A stretch of 64,000 bases of DNA from an uncultured delta proteobacterium (GTDB lineage: Bacteria > Myxococcota_A > Polyangia > Polyangiales > JAFGIB01), in the NCBI GenBank assembly GCA_963778655.1, contig CAVZVA010000005.1, forward strand, positions 608,001-672,000. Reading direction: 5' to 3'. The notes under the pieces were generated by a model. That model saw only the letters and a list, made by a program, of their open reading frames with translations, made no database searches and was not told the DNA's origin. This document shows, piece after piece, positions 9,474-19,623 of the stretch. The position numbers were made by a program, and so were the translations under genes. Numbering within the stretch: position 1 is the first letter of the stretch; each line of letters starts with the position of its first letter.

Positions 9474-10511
9474 CTACCCGCCCTGGGCGACCTTCCAGCC
9501 GGTCGCGGCGGTCTGGTCGACCACCGTCTTCATCGAGAGCGCGGCCGAGGAGCTGGCGTTGCCCTGCAGGCCTCGCTTGTAGACCCCCTGGATGATGCTC
9601 GCGAGGCGGAAGAAGCCGAAGGCCACGTAGAAGTTCCAGTCCGGGATGCGCTCGCGACCGGTGCGCTTGCAGTACATCGCGATGTACTCGTCCTCGGTGG
9701 GCACGCCCTCGCCGAACGAGAAGGCTTCGAGCGTGTGGTATTTCATGCAGTTGTAGGCCAGATCGGCCATGGGGTGGCCCAGCGTGGACAGCTCCCAGTC
9801 GAGCAGCGCGACCACGCGCGGCTCTTTGGGGTGAAACAACAGGTTGTAGAGCTGGTAGTCCCCATGGACGATGGTGGTGGTGTCGTCGGCAGGCACGTTG
9901 CGGGGCAACCACTCGAGCAGGCGGTCCATCGGCTCGATCTCGTGGGTCTTGGCCGCCAGGTACTGCTTGGTCCAGCGGCTGATCTGGCGCTCGAAGTAGT
10001 TGCCCGGCTTACCGTAGTCGGCCAGGCCCTTGGCCTTGTAGTCGACGCCGTGCAGCGCCACGAGCACGCGGTTCATGTCGTCGTAGGCGGCTCGCCGGTC
10101 GGCCGGGCTCAGGTCGCGCAGCGCGGAGTCGCGGAAGTTGCGCCCCTCGACGTAGTCCATCACGTAGAACGCCGTGCCGATCACCTGCGCGTCCTCGCAC
10201 AGCAGATAGGCCCTGGGCACCGGGACCCCGGTGCCCTCCAGCGCGCGGTAGATGCGATACTCGCGCTCGATTTGGTGCGCCGTGGGCAGCAGCGTGCCGG
10301 GCGGCTTCTTGCGCAGGACAAAGCGGCGGTCGCCGCTGCGCAGCAAGAAGGTGGGGTTTGACTGGCCGCCCTCGAACTGCTTGATCTCGGGCGATCCGAG
10401 GTAGCCCTCGAGGTGCTGGCGCAGGTAGCGATCGAGCGCCTGCTCGTCGAAGCGGTGGGCTTGGCGTATGGGCACCAGACCGGCTTGAATCTCGGGTGTT
10501 TGTTCGCTCAT
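9474..10511 (-). CDS. APH/choline-kinase-family phosphotransferase (ACAD10/11 kinase, LvaA-like)
   Basis: GGQSNPT, LRKKPPG, HGDY, LDWELSTLGHP. Confidence 0.9.
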   Translation of the reverse strand: MSEQTPEIQAGLVPIRQAHRFDEQALDRYLRQHLEGYLGSPEIKQFEGGQSNPTFLLRSGDRRFVLRKKPPGTLLPTAHQIEREYRIYRALEGTGVPVPRAYLLCEDAQVIGTAFYVMDYVEGRNFRDSALRDLSPADRRAAYDDMNRVLVALHGVDYKAKGLADYGKPGNYFERQISRWTKQYLAAKTHEIEPMDRLLEWLPRNVPADDTTTIVHGDYQLYNLLFHPKEPRVVALLDWELSTLGHPMADLAYNCMKYHTLEAFSFGEGVPTEDEYIAMYCKRTGRERIPDWNFYVAFGFFRLASIIQGVYKRGLQGNASSSAALSMKTVVDQTAATGWKVAQGG

Positions 10512-10531
10512 GACTCGTCCTCGTGGCCTGG

Positions 10532-11749
10532 CTAGTCGCGGTGCTTGCGCAGCTCGAGGCGCGCGATCTGGTCCATGTGGACCTCGTCCGGCCCATCGGC
10601 CAGACGCAGCGTGCGCTGGTTGGCCCAGGCGCCCGCCAGGAAGGTGTCCTGGCACACGCCCATTCCGCCGTGGGCCTGGATCGCGCGGTCGAGTACCCGC
10701 AGCGCCATGCTCGGTGCCAGCACCTTGATGGAGGCGATCTCCTGGCGCGCGTTCTTGTTGCCGACGGTGTCCATCATATATGCGGCGCGCATGGTCATCA
10801 GGCGCGCCTGATCGATCTCGATCCGCGAGCGCGCGATGTCCTGGCGGATGCTGCCCATGTCGGCCAGCTTCTGGCCAAAGGCGACGCGCTTCTGCACCCG
10901 CTTGCACATCAGCTCCAGCGCGCGCTCGGCGCAACCGATCGAGCGCATGCAGTGGTGGATGCGGCCCGGCCCCAGGCGTGCCTGCGCGATCTCGAAGCCG
11001 CGACCCTCGCCCAACAGTAGGTTCGCGACCGGCACCCTGACGTTCTCGAAGGCAATCTCGGCGTGCCCGTGCGGCGCATGATCGTAGCCGAATACCGAGA
11101 GCATGCGCTCGACGGTCACGCCCGGGGTGTCACGTGGCACCACGATCATCGACTGCTGCAGGTGGGTGGCGGCGTGCGGGTCGGTCTTGCCCATGAAGAT
11201 GAAGACCTTGCAGCGCGGGTCGCCGGCGCCCGAGGACCACCACTTGCGGCCGTTGATCACGTAGTGGTCACCGTCGCGCTCGATGCGCGACTGGATATTG
11301 GTCGCGTCCGAGGACGCGACGTCGGGCTCGGTCATGCAGAACGCGGAGCGGATCTCGCCATTCAGCAGCGGCGCCAGCCAGCGCTGCTTCAGCTCCGGGC
11401 TGCCGAAGCGCTCCAGCACTTCCATGTTGCCGGTGTCGGGCGCCGAGCAGTTCATCGCCTCGGACAGCAGTGGGTAGTAGCCGGTGATCTCGGCGATCGG
11501 CGCGTACTCCACGTTGGTCAGGCCGCCGCCGCGCTCGCTATCGGGCAGGAAGAGATTCCATAGGCCCTCGGCGCGGGCCTTCTTCTTCAGCTCTTCCATC
11601 ACCTTCGTCGGTTGCCAGCGGTCGCCCTGCTGCACCTGGGCCGTGAACACCGACTCGGCAGGGGCGACTTGCTTGCGCGCGAACTCGAGCGCCTTGCGTT
11701 GAAGCTCCTTGGCTCGCTCGGAAAACTCGAACGCCATCTCGAAGGCCAT
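10532..11749 (-). CDS. Acyl-CoA dehydrogenase, ACAD10/11 (LvaC-like) family
   Basis: [48 protein letters not shown]. Confidence 0.9.
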   Translation of the reverse strand: MAFEMAFEFSERAKELQRKALEFARKQVAPAESVFTAQVQQGDRWQPTKVMEELKKKARAEGLWNLFLPDSERGGGLTNVEYAPIAEITGYYPLLSEAMNCSAPDTGNMEVLERFGSPELKQRWLAPLLNGEIRSAFCMTEPDVASSDATNIQSRIERDGDHYVINGRKWWSSGAGDPRCKVFIFMGKTDPHAATHLQQSMIVVPRDTPGVTVERMLSVFGYDHAPHGHAEIAFENVRVPVANLLLGEGRGFEIAQARLGPGRIHHCMRSIGCAERALELMCKRVQKRVAFGQKLADMGSIRQDIARSRIEIDQARLMTMRAAYMMDTVGNKNARQEIASIKVLAPSMALRVLDRAIQAHGGMGVCQDTFLAGAWANQRTLRLADGPDEVHMDQIARLELRKHRD

Positions 11750-11789
11750 GAAAACGCATCCTCTCCTCGGGGCCGCAGCCCCAATCGCG

Positions 11790-12932
11790 CTAAAAACCGC
11801 CCAGCCCCGCGAAGCGGTCGCGGTGATAGGCGCCGTCACCGAAGGTCATCTCGCAGGCACGAGCCCGCTTCATGAAGAAGCCGATGTCGTGCTCGTCGGT
11901 CATCCCGATGCCGCCGTGCATCTGCAGCGCCTCGTTCGCGATGTGGCAGTACGCGTCCGACAGCCGCGCCTTGGCCACCGAGACGAGCTGCCGGGCATCC
12001 GGCGCGCCCTCGTCCAGCGCGCGCGCGGCCGCCATCACGACCGAGCGCGAGAGCTCGATCTCGATGTAGATGCGCGCCGCGCGGTGCTTGAGCACCTGGA
12101 AGCTGCCGATCGGCACCCCGAACTGCTTGCGTTCCTTGAGATAGCTGACGGTGCGCGAGAAGGCCTCGCTCATCCCGCCGAGCATTTCCCCGCACAGCGC
12201 GACGGTGGCGCGGTCGACCGCGTCGGCCAGCACGTCGTGGCCCGCGCCGAGCTCCCCGACCACGTCGCCCGCGGTCAGCTCGACGCCGCGCAGGCTGACG
12301 ATGGCCGAGCTCAGCGAGTCCACCCGCTGCTGCCGCTGCTGCGAGAGCCCGGCGGCCTTTGCCGGGACCAGGAAAAGGGTGATGCCTTGGCGCTGGCCGG
12401 CGTCTCCCTCGGTGCGCGCGGCGACCAGGTAGGCATCGGCAAGCACGCCGCCCCAGACCAGCGTCTTGTCGCCACTCAGCCGATAGCCGGCGCCGCTGCG
12501 CTCGGCCCGCGTCGCGATCCGCGCGAGGTCGAAGCGCGAGCCCGGCTCGGCATACGCCAGCGCTAGGACCTTCTCGCCCGCCATCGCCGGGGCCAGCCAC
12601 TGGCCTTTTTGTGCGGCGCTGCCGGCCGCGGCGAGCACGCCACCGGCGAGCACCAGCGACGGGATCAGCGGCTCGGGTGCGAGCCCGCGACCCATGGCCT
12701 CGGTGACGACCACCATTTCCGAAAGGCCCATGCCGAGCCCGCCGTCGGCCTCCGCGAACGGGATCGCGGTCCAGCCCAGCTCCGCCATCTGCTTGTACAC
12801 GGACAGCGAATAGCCGCGCTCGTCGCCCTGGTCGCGCAGCTTGCGCAGCCGGGAGAGCGGCGAGTGCTCGGCGATGAATGCGCCAGCGGTTTGCGCCAGC
12901 ATGTTCTGATCTTCGGTCAACACGAGCTGCAT
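11790..12932 (-). CDS. Acyl-CoA dehydrogenase family (PimD-like short partner)
   Basis: [30 protein letters not shown]. Confidence 0.9.
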   Translation of the reverse strand: MQLVLTEDQNMLAQTAGAFIAEHSPLSRLRKLRDQGDERGYSLSVYKQMAELGWTAIPFAEADGGLGMGLSEMVVVTEAMGRGLAPEPLIPSLVLAGGVLAAAGSAAQKGQWLAPAMAGEKVLALAYAEPGSRFDLARIATRAERSGAGYRLSGDKTLVWGGVLADAYLVAARTEGDAGQRQGITLFLVPAKAAGLSQQRQQRVDSLSSAIVSLRGVELTAGDVVGELGAGHDVLADAVDRATVALCGEMLGGMSEAFSRTVSYLKERKQFGVPIGSFQVLKHRAARIYIEIELSRSVVMAAARALDEGAPDARQLVSVAKARLSDAYCHIANEALQMHGGIGMTDEHDIGFFMKRARACEMTFGDGAYHRDRFAGLGGF

Positions 12933-12977
12933 GGGTCGATCACCTGGGGCGGGGGTTGCGGTCACCAAACGAACGCT

Positions 12978-14186
12978 TCAGTCGGGAAGCTCGAGCACGC
13001 GTTTGGCGATGATGTTCAGCTGCACCTCGCTGGTGCCGCCCTCGATCGTATTGCCGCGCGAGCGCAGCCAGGTGCGGGTCTGGGCCAGCTCCTCGGCGTC
13101 GAAGCCGGGGCCCTCCCAGCCCAGACACTGCGGGCCGCGGATGGAGAGCATCAACTCCTCGCGGCGCTGATTGAGCTCGGTGCCGTAGATCTTGAAGATC
13201 GAGGACTCGGGACCCGGCCGGTGGCCAGCCTTCATGCTGTCGGCGTTGCGTTGCACCGTGAGCAGAAAGCACCGCTGGTCCATGCTGATCTGGGCGATGC
13301 GGTCGCGCAGCACTGGGTCGGCGATGCGCCCGTCGCGCGTGCCCAGGTACTTGGTGCCGAGCTCGGCCAGAGCGTTCTTGGGCGGCCCCCCGCTCGGTCC
13401 GCGCGAGGTGGTGCCGCCGAATACGTTGCCGATCATGTTGCGCTCGTGCCCGAGCAGCGCCTTGGCCACGGTCCAGCCGTTGCCCATGCCGTTGATGACG
13501 TTGGCGAGCTTGGCGCGCGCGTCGGTGAAGAAGGTCTCGCAGAAGGGCGAGGCGCCGCTGATCAGCTTGATCGGGCGGATCTCGACGCCGGGCTGCGCCA
13601 CGTCGAGCAGCACGAAGGTGATGCCCTGCTGTTTCTTGGCGCTTCCGTCCGTGCGCACCAGCATGAACATCCAGTCGGACTTGTCACCGTAGCTGGTCCA
13701 CACCTTCTGCCCGTTGATGATCAGCCCGTCGCCCTGCACCACCGCGGAGGTCTGCAGCGAGGCCAGGTCGCTGCCCGCGTTCGGCTCGGAGTAGCCCTGG
13801 CACCAGCGAATCTGGCCGCGCACGATCTTGGGCAGGTGCTCGCGCTTCTGCTCCTCGGTCCCGAACTGGAGCAGGGTGGGGCCGATCATCTGCAAGCCGA
13901 AGCCGGTAAGCGGCGGAGGCAGGCGCAAGCGCCCGAGCTCCTGCTCGAGCACGCGCGCTTGCGCCGCGTCGAGCCCCCCGCCGCCGTATTCCTTGGGCCA
14001 GGTGGGAGCGGTCCAGCCGCGCTCGGCCATCAGCTCGCAGAAGCGCTTGCTGTCCGGGTGTGGCAGCTCGGGTTTGCGACCGCCCCAGTAGCCGGCCTCG
14101 AGCCCGGTCGCACCGCGCAGTCCCGCGGGCGCCTCGCCCTCGAGCACCGCGCGAACCTCGTTGCGAAACGCTTCCAGGTCGCTCAT
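12978..14186 (-). CDS. Acyl-CoA dehydrogenase (PimC-like)
   Basis: WCQGYSEPNAGSDLASL, NGQKVWTS, TIEGGTSEVQ. Confidence 0.9.
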   Translation of the reverse strand: MSDLEAFRNEVRAVLEGEAPAGLRGATGLEAGYWGGRKPELPHPDSKRFCELMAERGWTAPTWPKEYGGGGLDAAQARVLEQELGRLRLPPPLTGFGLQMIGPTLLQFGTEEQKREHLPKIVRGQIRWCQGYSEPNAGSDLASLQTSAVVQGDGLIINGQKVWTSYGDKSDWMFMLVRTDGSAKKQQGITFVLLDVAQPGVEIRPIKLISGASPFCETFFTDARAKLANVINGMGNGWTVAKALLGHERNMIGNVFGGTTSRGPSGGPPKNALAELGTKYLGTRDGRIADPVLRDRIAQISMDQRCFLLTVQRNADSMKAGHRPGPESSIFKIYGTELNQRREELMLSIRGPQCLGWEGPGFDAEELAQTRTWLRSRGNTIEGGTSEVQLNIIAKRVLELPD

Positions 14187-14345
14187 CGAATGCACCTCCG
14201 CGGCGGACGCCCAAGCGTCCGCGACCCCGTTGCTAACAAATAAGCCGCGCGCTTTCCAGCAGGGCTCCAGCGGCCGCCCGCCGGCCGGGGCCCGGCGCGA
14301 CGTTCCCGGCGGCAAAAGCCGTGAATTGCTCCTGGCGGCGCCGAG

Positions 14346-14963
14346 TCAGAGCAGGCCGCGGCGCGCCAGCTCGGCCCGCAGCGCCGCGACGTCCCCATCG
14401 AAGTGCTGCGCGTCCATCCCGACCGCCCGCGCGGCCTCACAGTTGGGCCCCCGGTCATCGACGAACAGGCACTGGGCCGGGCTGCGCCCGAGCGCTGCAC
14501 TCGCGCCCAGGTAGGCGGCGGCGTCGGGCTTACGCACGCCGGTGCGACACGAAACGAAGCTCGGTGCAACCAGGGCGCACACGCCCAGCCGCTCGTCGCA
14601 GAGCTGGTACCAGGCCGGGTAGTTGGATAGCAAATGCATTTGCACGCCGCGATCGCGCAGCTCGCCCAGTAGCGGCGCCATGCCGTCGATCCACGCGTAA
14701 CCGCTGCGCATCGCGCGCTTGAGACCCGGCCCGTCGATCGACCGTCCGTCACGGAAGAAGCTCGCATACAGCTCATCCTCCGAGATTCGCCCGAGCTCGA
14801 ACTCACGCCAGCTGTGGGGGTGCTTGGCCCGCACCAGCTGCTCCAGGCTCATGCCGAAGAACGCAGGCATGTGCGTGAAGAACGGATCGCGCACCAGCGT
14901 GTCCATCAGATCCCAGAGGATCACCTGCTGCCCCTGCGGGCCGCGTTCGGGATCGATTGTCAT
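14346..14963 (-). CDS. HAD-family phosphatase resembling plant FMN hydrolase FHY1
   Basis: WDLMDTLVRDPF motif I, SNYP, RKPD, FVDD. Confidence 0.8.
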   Translation of the reverse strand: MTIDPERGPQGQQVILWDLMDTLVRDPFFTHMPAFFGMSLEQLVRAKHPHSWREFELGRISEDELYASFFRDGRSIDGPGLKRAMRSGYAWIDGMAPLLGELRDRGVQMHLLSNYPAWYQLCDERLGVCALVAPSFVSCRTGVRKPDAAAYLGASAALGRSPAQCLFVDDRGPNCEAARAVGMDAQHFDGDVAALRAELARRGLL

Positions 14964-15070
14964 GAGCGTCCAAGAGGACAGGGCCGAATAGGAAGACCCG
15001 AAGCACAGCGGACGCGCGTTCCTTCGGCCCTTCCGCGGCTCTCCGAGAACCCGCCTGCGGATGCGACGAT

Positions 15071-15730
15071 CTAGTTGAACTTCCTATACAGGGCGACGAC
15101 TACGCCCAGCAGCTGAGTCGAGCGCCAGTCGTGCTTGTAAATCACGATGTCCTGCATGTTGTCGTTGGCAGGCACCAGGCGCACCCGGTCGGGCTCCGGA
15201 TAGTAGTACTTGCAGGTCGCTTCCTCGCCGACCAGCGCCACCACGATGTCGCCCTTGTGCGCGTCGATCTGTTTGCGCACGAACACGTAGTCGCCGTCGT
15301 TGATGCCGGCGTTGATCATGGACTCGCCGCTGATGCGCAGGCCGAAGACCTCGCGGGCGCCGCCGACGAGCACGCGGCCCACGCGCACCGTGTCCTCGGG
15401 TTGCTGGATCGCCTCGGCGAGCTGACCGGCTGCCACGCGTCCCACGATCGGGATCTCGATCAGGTCCTCGGTATCGTCTTCGGCGACGACCGCCGCGCCG
15501 AGTGCGACGCCGTTGCCGCCGCGCGTAGGCCGCAACGCCCGTGACTTCATGTCCTCGCGCGCGAGGTAGCCCTTGCGCTCCAGAGCACGCAGGTGGTCGT
15601 TGACCCCGTTGGTGCTGCGAATGCCCATGAAGTTGCCGATCTCCCGCAGCGTGGGCGGATAGCCGCGCTGCGTGATCGATGACTCGATGTACTGCAGGAC
15701 CATTTCTTGTCGCTGGGTGAGCTTTTGCAC
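15071..15730 (-). CDS. lexA: LexA repressor
   Basis: YPPTLREIG, RALERKGYL, VAAG cleavage site, GESM Ser, EATCK Lys; GTG start after GAGGG. Confidence 0.95.
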   Translation of the reverse strand: MQKLTQRQEMVLQYIESSITQRGYPPTLREIGNFMGIRSTNGVNDHLRALERKGYLAREDMKSRALRPTRGGNGVALGAAVVAEDDTEDLIEIPIVGRVAAGQLAEAIQQPEDTVRVGRVLVGGAREVFGLRISGESMINAGINDGDYVFVRKQIDAHKGDIVVALVGEEATCKYYYPEPDRVRLVPANDNMQDIVIYKHDWRSTQLLGVVVALYRKFN

Positions 15731-15781
15731 GGAAACCCTCGCGTTGAAGAAGACACTGCTCGTGCGAATAGGTAAGACAAA

Positions 15782-15810
15782 TGAATACGGAACGTCCGCC
15801 CAGATGTCAA
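15782..15810 (-). promoter_or_regulatory. Putative sigma70 promoter of lexA
   Basis: TTGACA-17 bp-TATTCA on the minus strand; weak -10. Confidence 0.5.
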
Positions 15811-16008
15811 ATTTCATTGTGCTGGGACGTCTCGGGCGGGGTGCGCGCGACTCTGCGGGCCGGTCCTCGGGATCCAGCTTGCAAGCCCTCGGCGCACGCG
15901 CGATTCGACGGTTTCGGGGCGCGCCCGCCCTCGGGCTTGCGTTGAGCCCTGACCCGCAAAGCTCACGGGGCCGCAGGGGTGCGTGCCGGGGCCGGCGAGC
16001 GGCTAGAT

Positions 16009-17022
16009 CTAGCCGTCGCGGCGGGCGCGGCGCGCGCGCAGGCGCGCCGCCAGCACCTCGAGTGGATTGAAGCCCAGGATGCTGGTGGTGCTGCCGACGC
16101 GCGCCACGTGCTCGCGTGCCAGTTGCGCGACCGGCGCCATTAGACGGTAGATGTCGATGCCCCCGAGCCAGGCGCGCGCGCGCGAGCCCGCCGCGCGCGC
16201 CGCGTCGGCCGCCAGCGCCACGTTCGCGTACGCGGGCGCCGGGTGCAGGATCACTTCGCGCAACGCGACCGCGCGCGCCCAGGCGCCCGGGTTGGGGTCG
16301 CGCAACAGCGCCTCGATGCGCTCGCGCTGCGCGAACAGGCCCAGGTGCAGCGGGGCTATGGTCCTGGCGACGGCGCGCTGGATCACGCGTTGGTCGCGCC
16401 GGTAGTCGCCGCCCAGCGGCCCGCTCCACTCCAGCAGCAGCTCCGGCCCCACGATGCGATCGATCTCGCCGCCGCGGCGGTGGATCGCGCACGCGGTCCA
16501 CAGCTCCGCGCCTTCCCACAGCGCCACCAGCAGCACGCGGTCGTCGGGCAGCAGCAGGTCGATCGCCCGGTCGAGCATGCCGGCGGTGGGCAGCGGCAGT
16601 CGCGAGCGCGGCGGCCAGAACAGCAGCTTGCCCTCGTCCTCGAGCTCGCGCGCCGCGCCCAGCAGGCACAGCCACTGCGCCGCGTAGCCTCCGTCGAGCG
16701 GCATGCGCTGCGCGGCGCGCTCCGTGATCTCCTCGATCGCGCCGTCGTCGATGGCGACCGCCCCCTGTACGGACAGCTGCTCGCACAGCGCGGGCAAGTC
16801 GCCTGCGTCCGCCACCGCTTCGGGCTCGACCGGCCCGCGACCGGTCACGAACGCTGCGCAGGGCTTGCCCGCGCCGTCACGCACCAGCACCAGGGTGCCC
16901 TGCTTGGGTGGCGCTTCCGGCGCGCTCTCCGGAGCGCGCGCCCCACGCGAGCCGAACAGCGACAGCAGGTTGAGCCACGCCCGGGTGTCAAATCCCTCGA
17001 AGCGAAAGTCCTCGCTGATCAT
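16009..17022 (-). CDS. Hypothetical protein
   Basis: 337-aa ORF with coding-like composition; ATGA overlap with upstream beta-galactosidase. Confidence 0.7.
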   Translation of the reverse strand: MISEDFRFEGFDTRAWLNLLSLFGSRGARAPESAPEAPPKQGTLVLVRDGAGKPCAAFVTGRGPVEPEAVADAGDLPALCEQLSVQGAVAIDDGAIEEITERAAQRMPLDGGYAAQWLCLLGAARELEDEGKLLFWPPRSRLPLPTAGMLDRAIDLLLPDDRVLLVALWEGAELWTACAIHRRGGEIDRIVGPELLLEWSGPLGGDYRRDQRVIQRAVARTIAPLHLGLFAQRERIEALLRDPNPGAWARAVALREVILHPAPAYANVALAADAARAAGSRARAWLGGIDIYRLMAPVAQLAREHVARVGSTTSILGFNPLEVLAARLRARRARRDG

Positions 17023-19088
17023 CGCCGGCCGTCCCTGCTCTCGACCGGGTCGAGCTCATCGCTGCGCAACACCAGCAACATGCGGCAACTGCCAGCCGCG
17101 AGCGCAACCCGCAGCGGGTTGGTCGCCGCGAAGTGCTCGCCCGTGATCGCATCGGCCAGCCTCAGCGGTTGCGCCAGGTGCAGCTCCGCGTGGAGATCGA
17201 GTGGGCCCGGGTTGACCAGGAACAGGACTCGGGGCCCGTGCTCGTCTTCATGCAGCGTCGCCTGCACCGGGTGCGGCGAAACCGCGAGCGCGGGTTGCAG
17301 CCCCAGCTCGACCGCCAGCTCGCGCACCACGTGCCGCGCGTCGGCCTGATCTCGCACGCGCAACGGCGGCCGCTCCGACGGCGGCTCGAAGCGGTGCGGG
17401 CGCATGCGCGCGTCCAGGTGCGGCAGCTGCGGCCCCCACAGCACCTGCCCGCCGCGCTGCGCGAAGCGCGTCATGCGCTCCCAGCGCGCGGGCTCGGCGA
17501 ACTCGAAGCTGGGCGCGATCAGCACGCGCAGGCCGTCGATCGCTTCGAGCTCGGCGTCGCTCTCCGCGTATACGAACGGAATCTGCTCCGCGCACAGCGC
17601 CTCATCCAGGCGCGAGAGCAACGGCTCCCACTCGCGCTGGATAGGTTGCTCGAAGCCGAAGCGCTCGAAGCGGCACGCGGCGCCCGCGCTCAGCCCGGCG
17701 AGGTCGAGCAGGTTCGGGCTCAGCGCGCCCAGCGCGTGCGTGGCGCGCGACAGCCGCGCGTACTCCTTGGGGATGCACAGCGCCACCTCGACCCGCCGTT
17801 TCAGGCGGTGGAAGTCGACCTGGTGCAGAGCATCGAGCAAGCGCTGCCAGCGCTTCGCGCTCGGGCGTCGCTCCCCGTCACGGGCCAGCGGCGCGCCGAA
17901 CCAGCGATCGCGATCGACCGCCATGTACAGGTTGAAGCCGCGCAGGCCATGCGCGCAGGCGCACATCGCGCTGAACAGCGCGTCGGCATCCGAGCGCGCG
18001 CCGAACCAGGGCGGCGCGCCCACCCCCAGCTCGGGCGCGAACGGCAGCTTGGTGCTGCCAGCCAGGCGCAGCGTGCGCTTGCGCGCGTGCTCCAGCCCGC
18101 GCTGCCCGTGGTAGTAGTCGAGCCCCACCAGGTCGACCACGCGCGCGAGCGAGCTGAGCGGCGTGGGCAACCCACCTTCCCCCATCGGCAGATTGTGCAC
18201 CGTGGGCAGCCCGTCGAGCCCGGCGCCGGCCAACTGGCGCGCCATCGTGGCCAGGCTGTCGCGCAACAAGACCTCGTGGAACTCGACCCAGTCCAGATAA
18301 GGCCGTAGCCCCTCGCAGGCGCCAGCGGGCGCGTCGAAGCGGCGCGGCGGGGGCACCCGCTCGAAGCTCGCGTGGTTGGTGCCGTAGGCGGCGTTGAGCT
18401 GCTCGATCGTGCCGTAGCGCTGTGCCAGGAAGTGCTCGAAGCCTGCCAGCGCATCGGGGTGGTAGTCGCTGTCGTAGGGTGCGTCGCGAAAGAAGAAGGA
18501 GAGCTCGTTGTCCACCTGCAGCAACGCGATCGGTCCGCGCGGCCAGCGGCGCGAGGCCGCCACCGCGCCGACCGCGCGAAACCAGGCCCCCGTCTGTTGC
18601 AGAAAATGCCCGCTTGCATACGAAGGCACCGGAAAGCTGCGCGGTGGCGCCGGCAGCGGCAGCAGCCGCCCGCGCGCGGAGCGCGCCTGGTTGCGCTCGT
18701 CCATCACCACGCGCCGCGGCAGCCCGAAGTACGCCAGCTCGGCGTTGATGTTGGGCCCGGGCCGCAGGAACACATACAGCCCGAGCTCGTATGCGAGATC
18801 GAGAAACGCGCCCAGGTCCTTCTGGGGGTCGTGCTCGCCGAAGTCGAAGTTGCCCTCGGCCGTCTCGTGCACACCCCAGGGCACGTAGGTCTCGACCAGC
18901 TCGAGGCCGAGCCCGCGCAGCGCCTCGAGCGCAGGCCGCCAGTACGCAGGCGACAGCCTGAAATAGTGCAGCGCGCCGCAGTAGAGCGGCAGCAGGCGGT
19001 CGCCCAGGCGCAGCCCGCCGGGCTCGAGAATCGGCACGCTGCTGACAGCAGCGCTGGCAGCGCGGGCCGATGGCCGGTGGGCGCTCAT
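17019..19088 (-). CDS. Beta-galactosidase (GH35/GH42-like)
   Basis: ALHYFR, VETYVPWGVHE, LRPGPNINAE, QVDNE acid/base motif. Confidence 0.85.
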   Translation of the reverse strand: MSAHRPSARAASAAVSSVPILEPGGLRLGDRLLPLYCGALHYFRLSPAYWRPALEALRGLGLELVETYVPWGVHETAEGNFDFGEHDPQKDLGAFLDLAYELGLYVFLRPGPNINAELAYFGLPRRVVMDERNQARSARGRLLPLPAPPRSFPVPSYASGHFLQQTGAWFRAVGAVAASRRWPRGPIALLQVDNELSFFFRDAPYDSDYHPDALAGFEHFLAQRYGTIEQLNAAYGTNHASFERVPPPRRFDAPAGACEGLRPYLDWVEFHEVLLRDSLATMARQLAGAGLDGLPTVHNLPMGEGGLPTPLSSLARVVDLVGLDYYHGQRGLEHARKRTLRLAGSTKLPFAPELGVGAPPWFGARSDADALFSAMCACAHGLRGFNLYMAVDRDRWFGAPLARDGERRPSAKRWQRLLDALHQVDFHRLKRRVEVALCIPKEYARLSRATHALGALSPNLLDLAGLSAGAACRFERFGFEQPIQREWEPLLSRLDEALCAEQIPFVYAESDAELEAIDGLRVLIAPSFEFAEPARWERMTRFAQRGGQVLWGPQLPHLDARMRPHRFEPPSERPPLRVRDQADARHVVRELAVELGLQPALAVSPHPVQATLHEDEHGPRVLFLVNPGPLDLHAELHLAQPLRLADAITGEHFAATNPLRVALAAGSCRMLLVLRSDELDPVESRDGRR

Positions 19089-19189
19089 GGCGGCGGGGAG
19101 GATAGCCGACGGGGCGAGGCCCAGCCAGGTTGCGAAGCTTGCGGCGGCGCAACGTTGGAGGCGTGGGCCGGATCGCATAGGCTGCCGGC

Positions 19190-19573
19190 ATGTCGCTGCT
19201 GCTGATCGCCATGGGCGGCGCGCTCGGTACGCTGATGCGCTACGGCGTCACCATCGGGCTCGGCCGCGCGCTGGGAACGGAACTCCCGTACGGCACCTGG
19301 GCGGCGAACCTGTGCGGCTCGTTTCTGCTCGGCGTGGTGGCCGAGGTCTTCAGCGGGGCGACCATCGCCGGCACCGACGCACGTTTGATCCTCGGCGTGG
19401 GCGTGATGGGCGGCTTCACCACCTATTCGTCGTTCAACCTGGAGCTGCTGCGCATGCTGGAGCAGGGCTCGCTCGCGCGCTCGTTTGGCTACCTCGCCGT
19501 GACGCTGATCGCCTGCCTGCTGGCCGGCGCGGCCGGGGTCGCGCTGGCGCGGATCATCAGCCAGGCAGGTTGA
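19190..19573 (+). CDS. crcB: Fluoride efflux channel CrcB/Fluc
   Basis: GGALGTLMRY, PYGTWAANLCGSF, GGFTTYSSF. Confidence 0.9.
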   Translation: MSLLLIAMGGALGTLMRYGVTIGLGRALGTELPYGTWAANLCGSFLLGVVAEVFSGATIAGTDARLILGVGVMGGFTTYSSFNLELLRMLEQGSLARSFGYLAVTLIACLLAGAAGVALARIISQAG

Positions 19574-19623
19574 GGCCTGCTCGGGCGCGCCACGCGCCGG
19601 TGGCTCGCTCGCGTCGCCGCGCG

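Noticed and set aside
15788..15804. Myxococcus-type LexA box in the lexA promoter spacer
   Set aside because: Only CT...GTTC matches the consensus as I recall it; too many mismatches to call.
15731..16786. 571-aa extended LexA
   Set aside because: The extension overlaps another gene and the promoter; SD plus GTG at 15730 gives a normal-sized LexA.
19089..19189. Fluoride riboswitch before crcB
   Set aside because: No GGCGATGG...CTGATG core is visible, and the gene looks leaderless.
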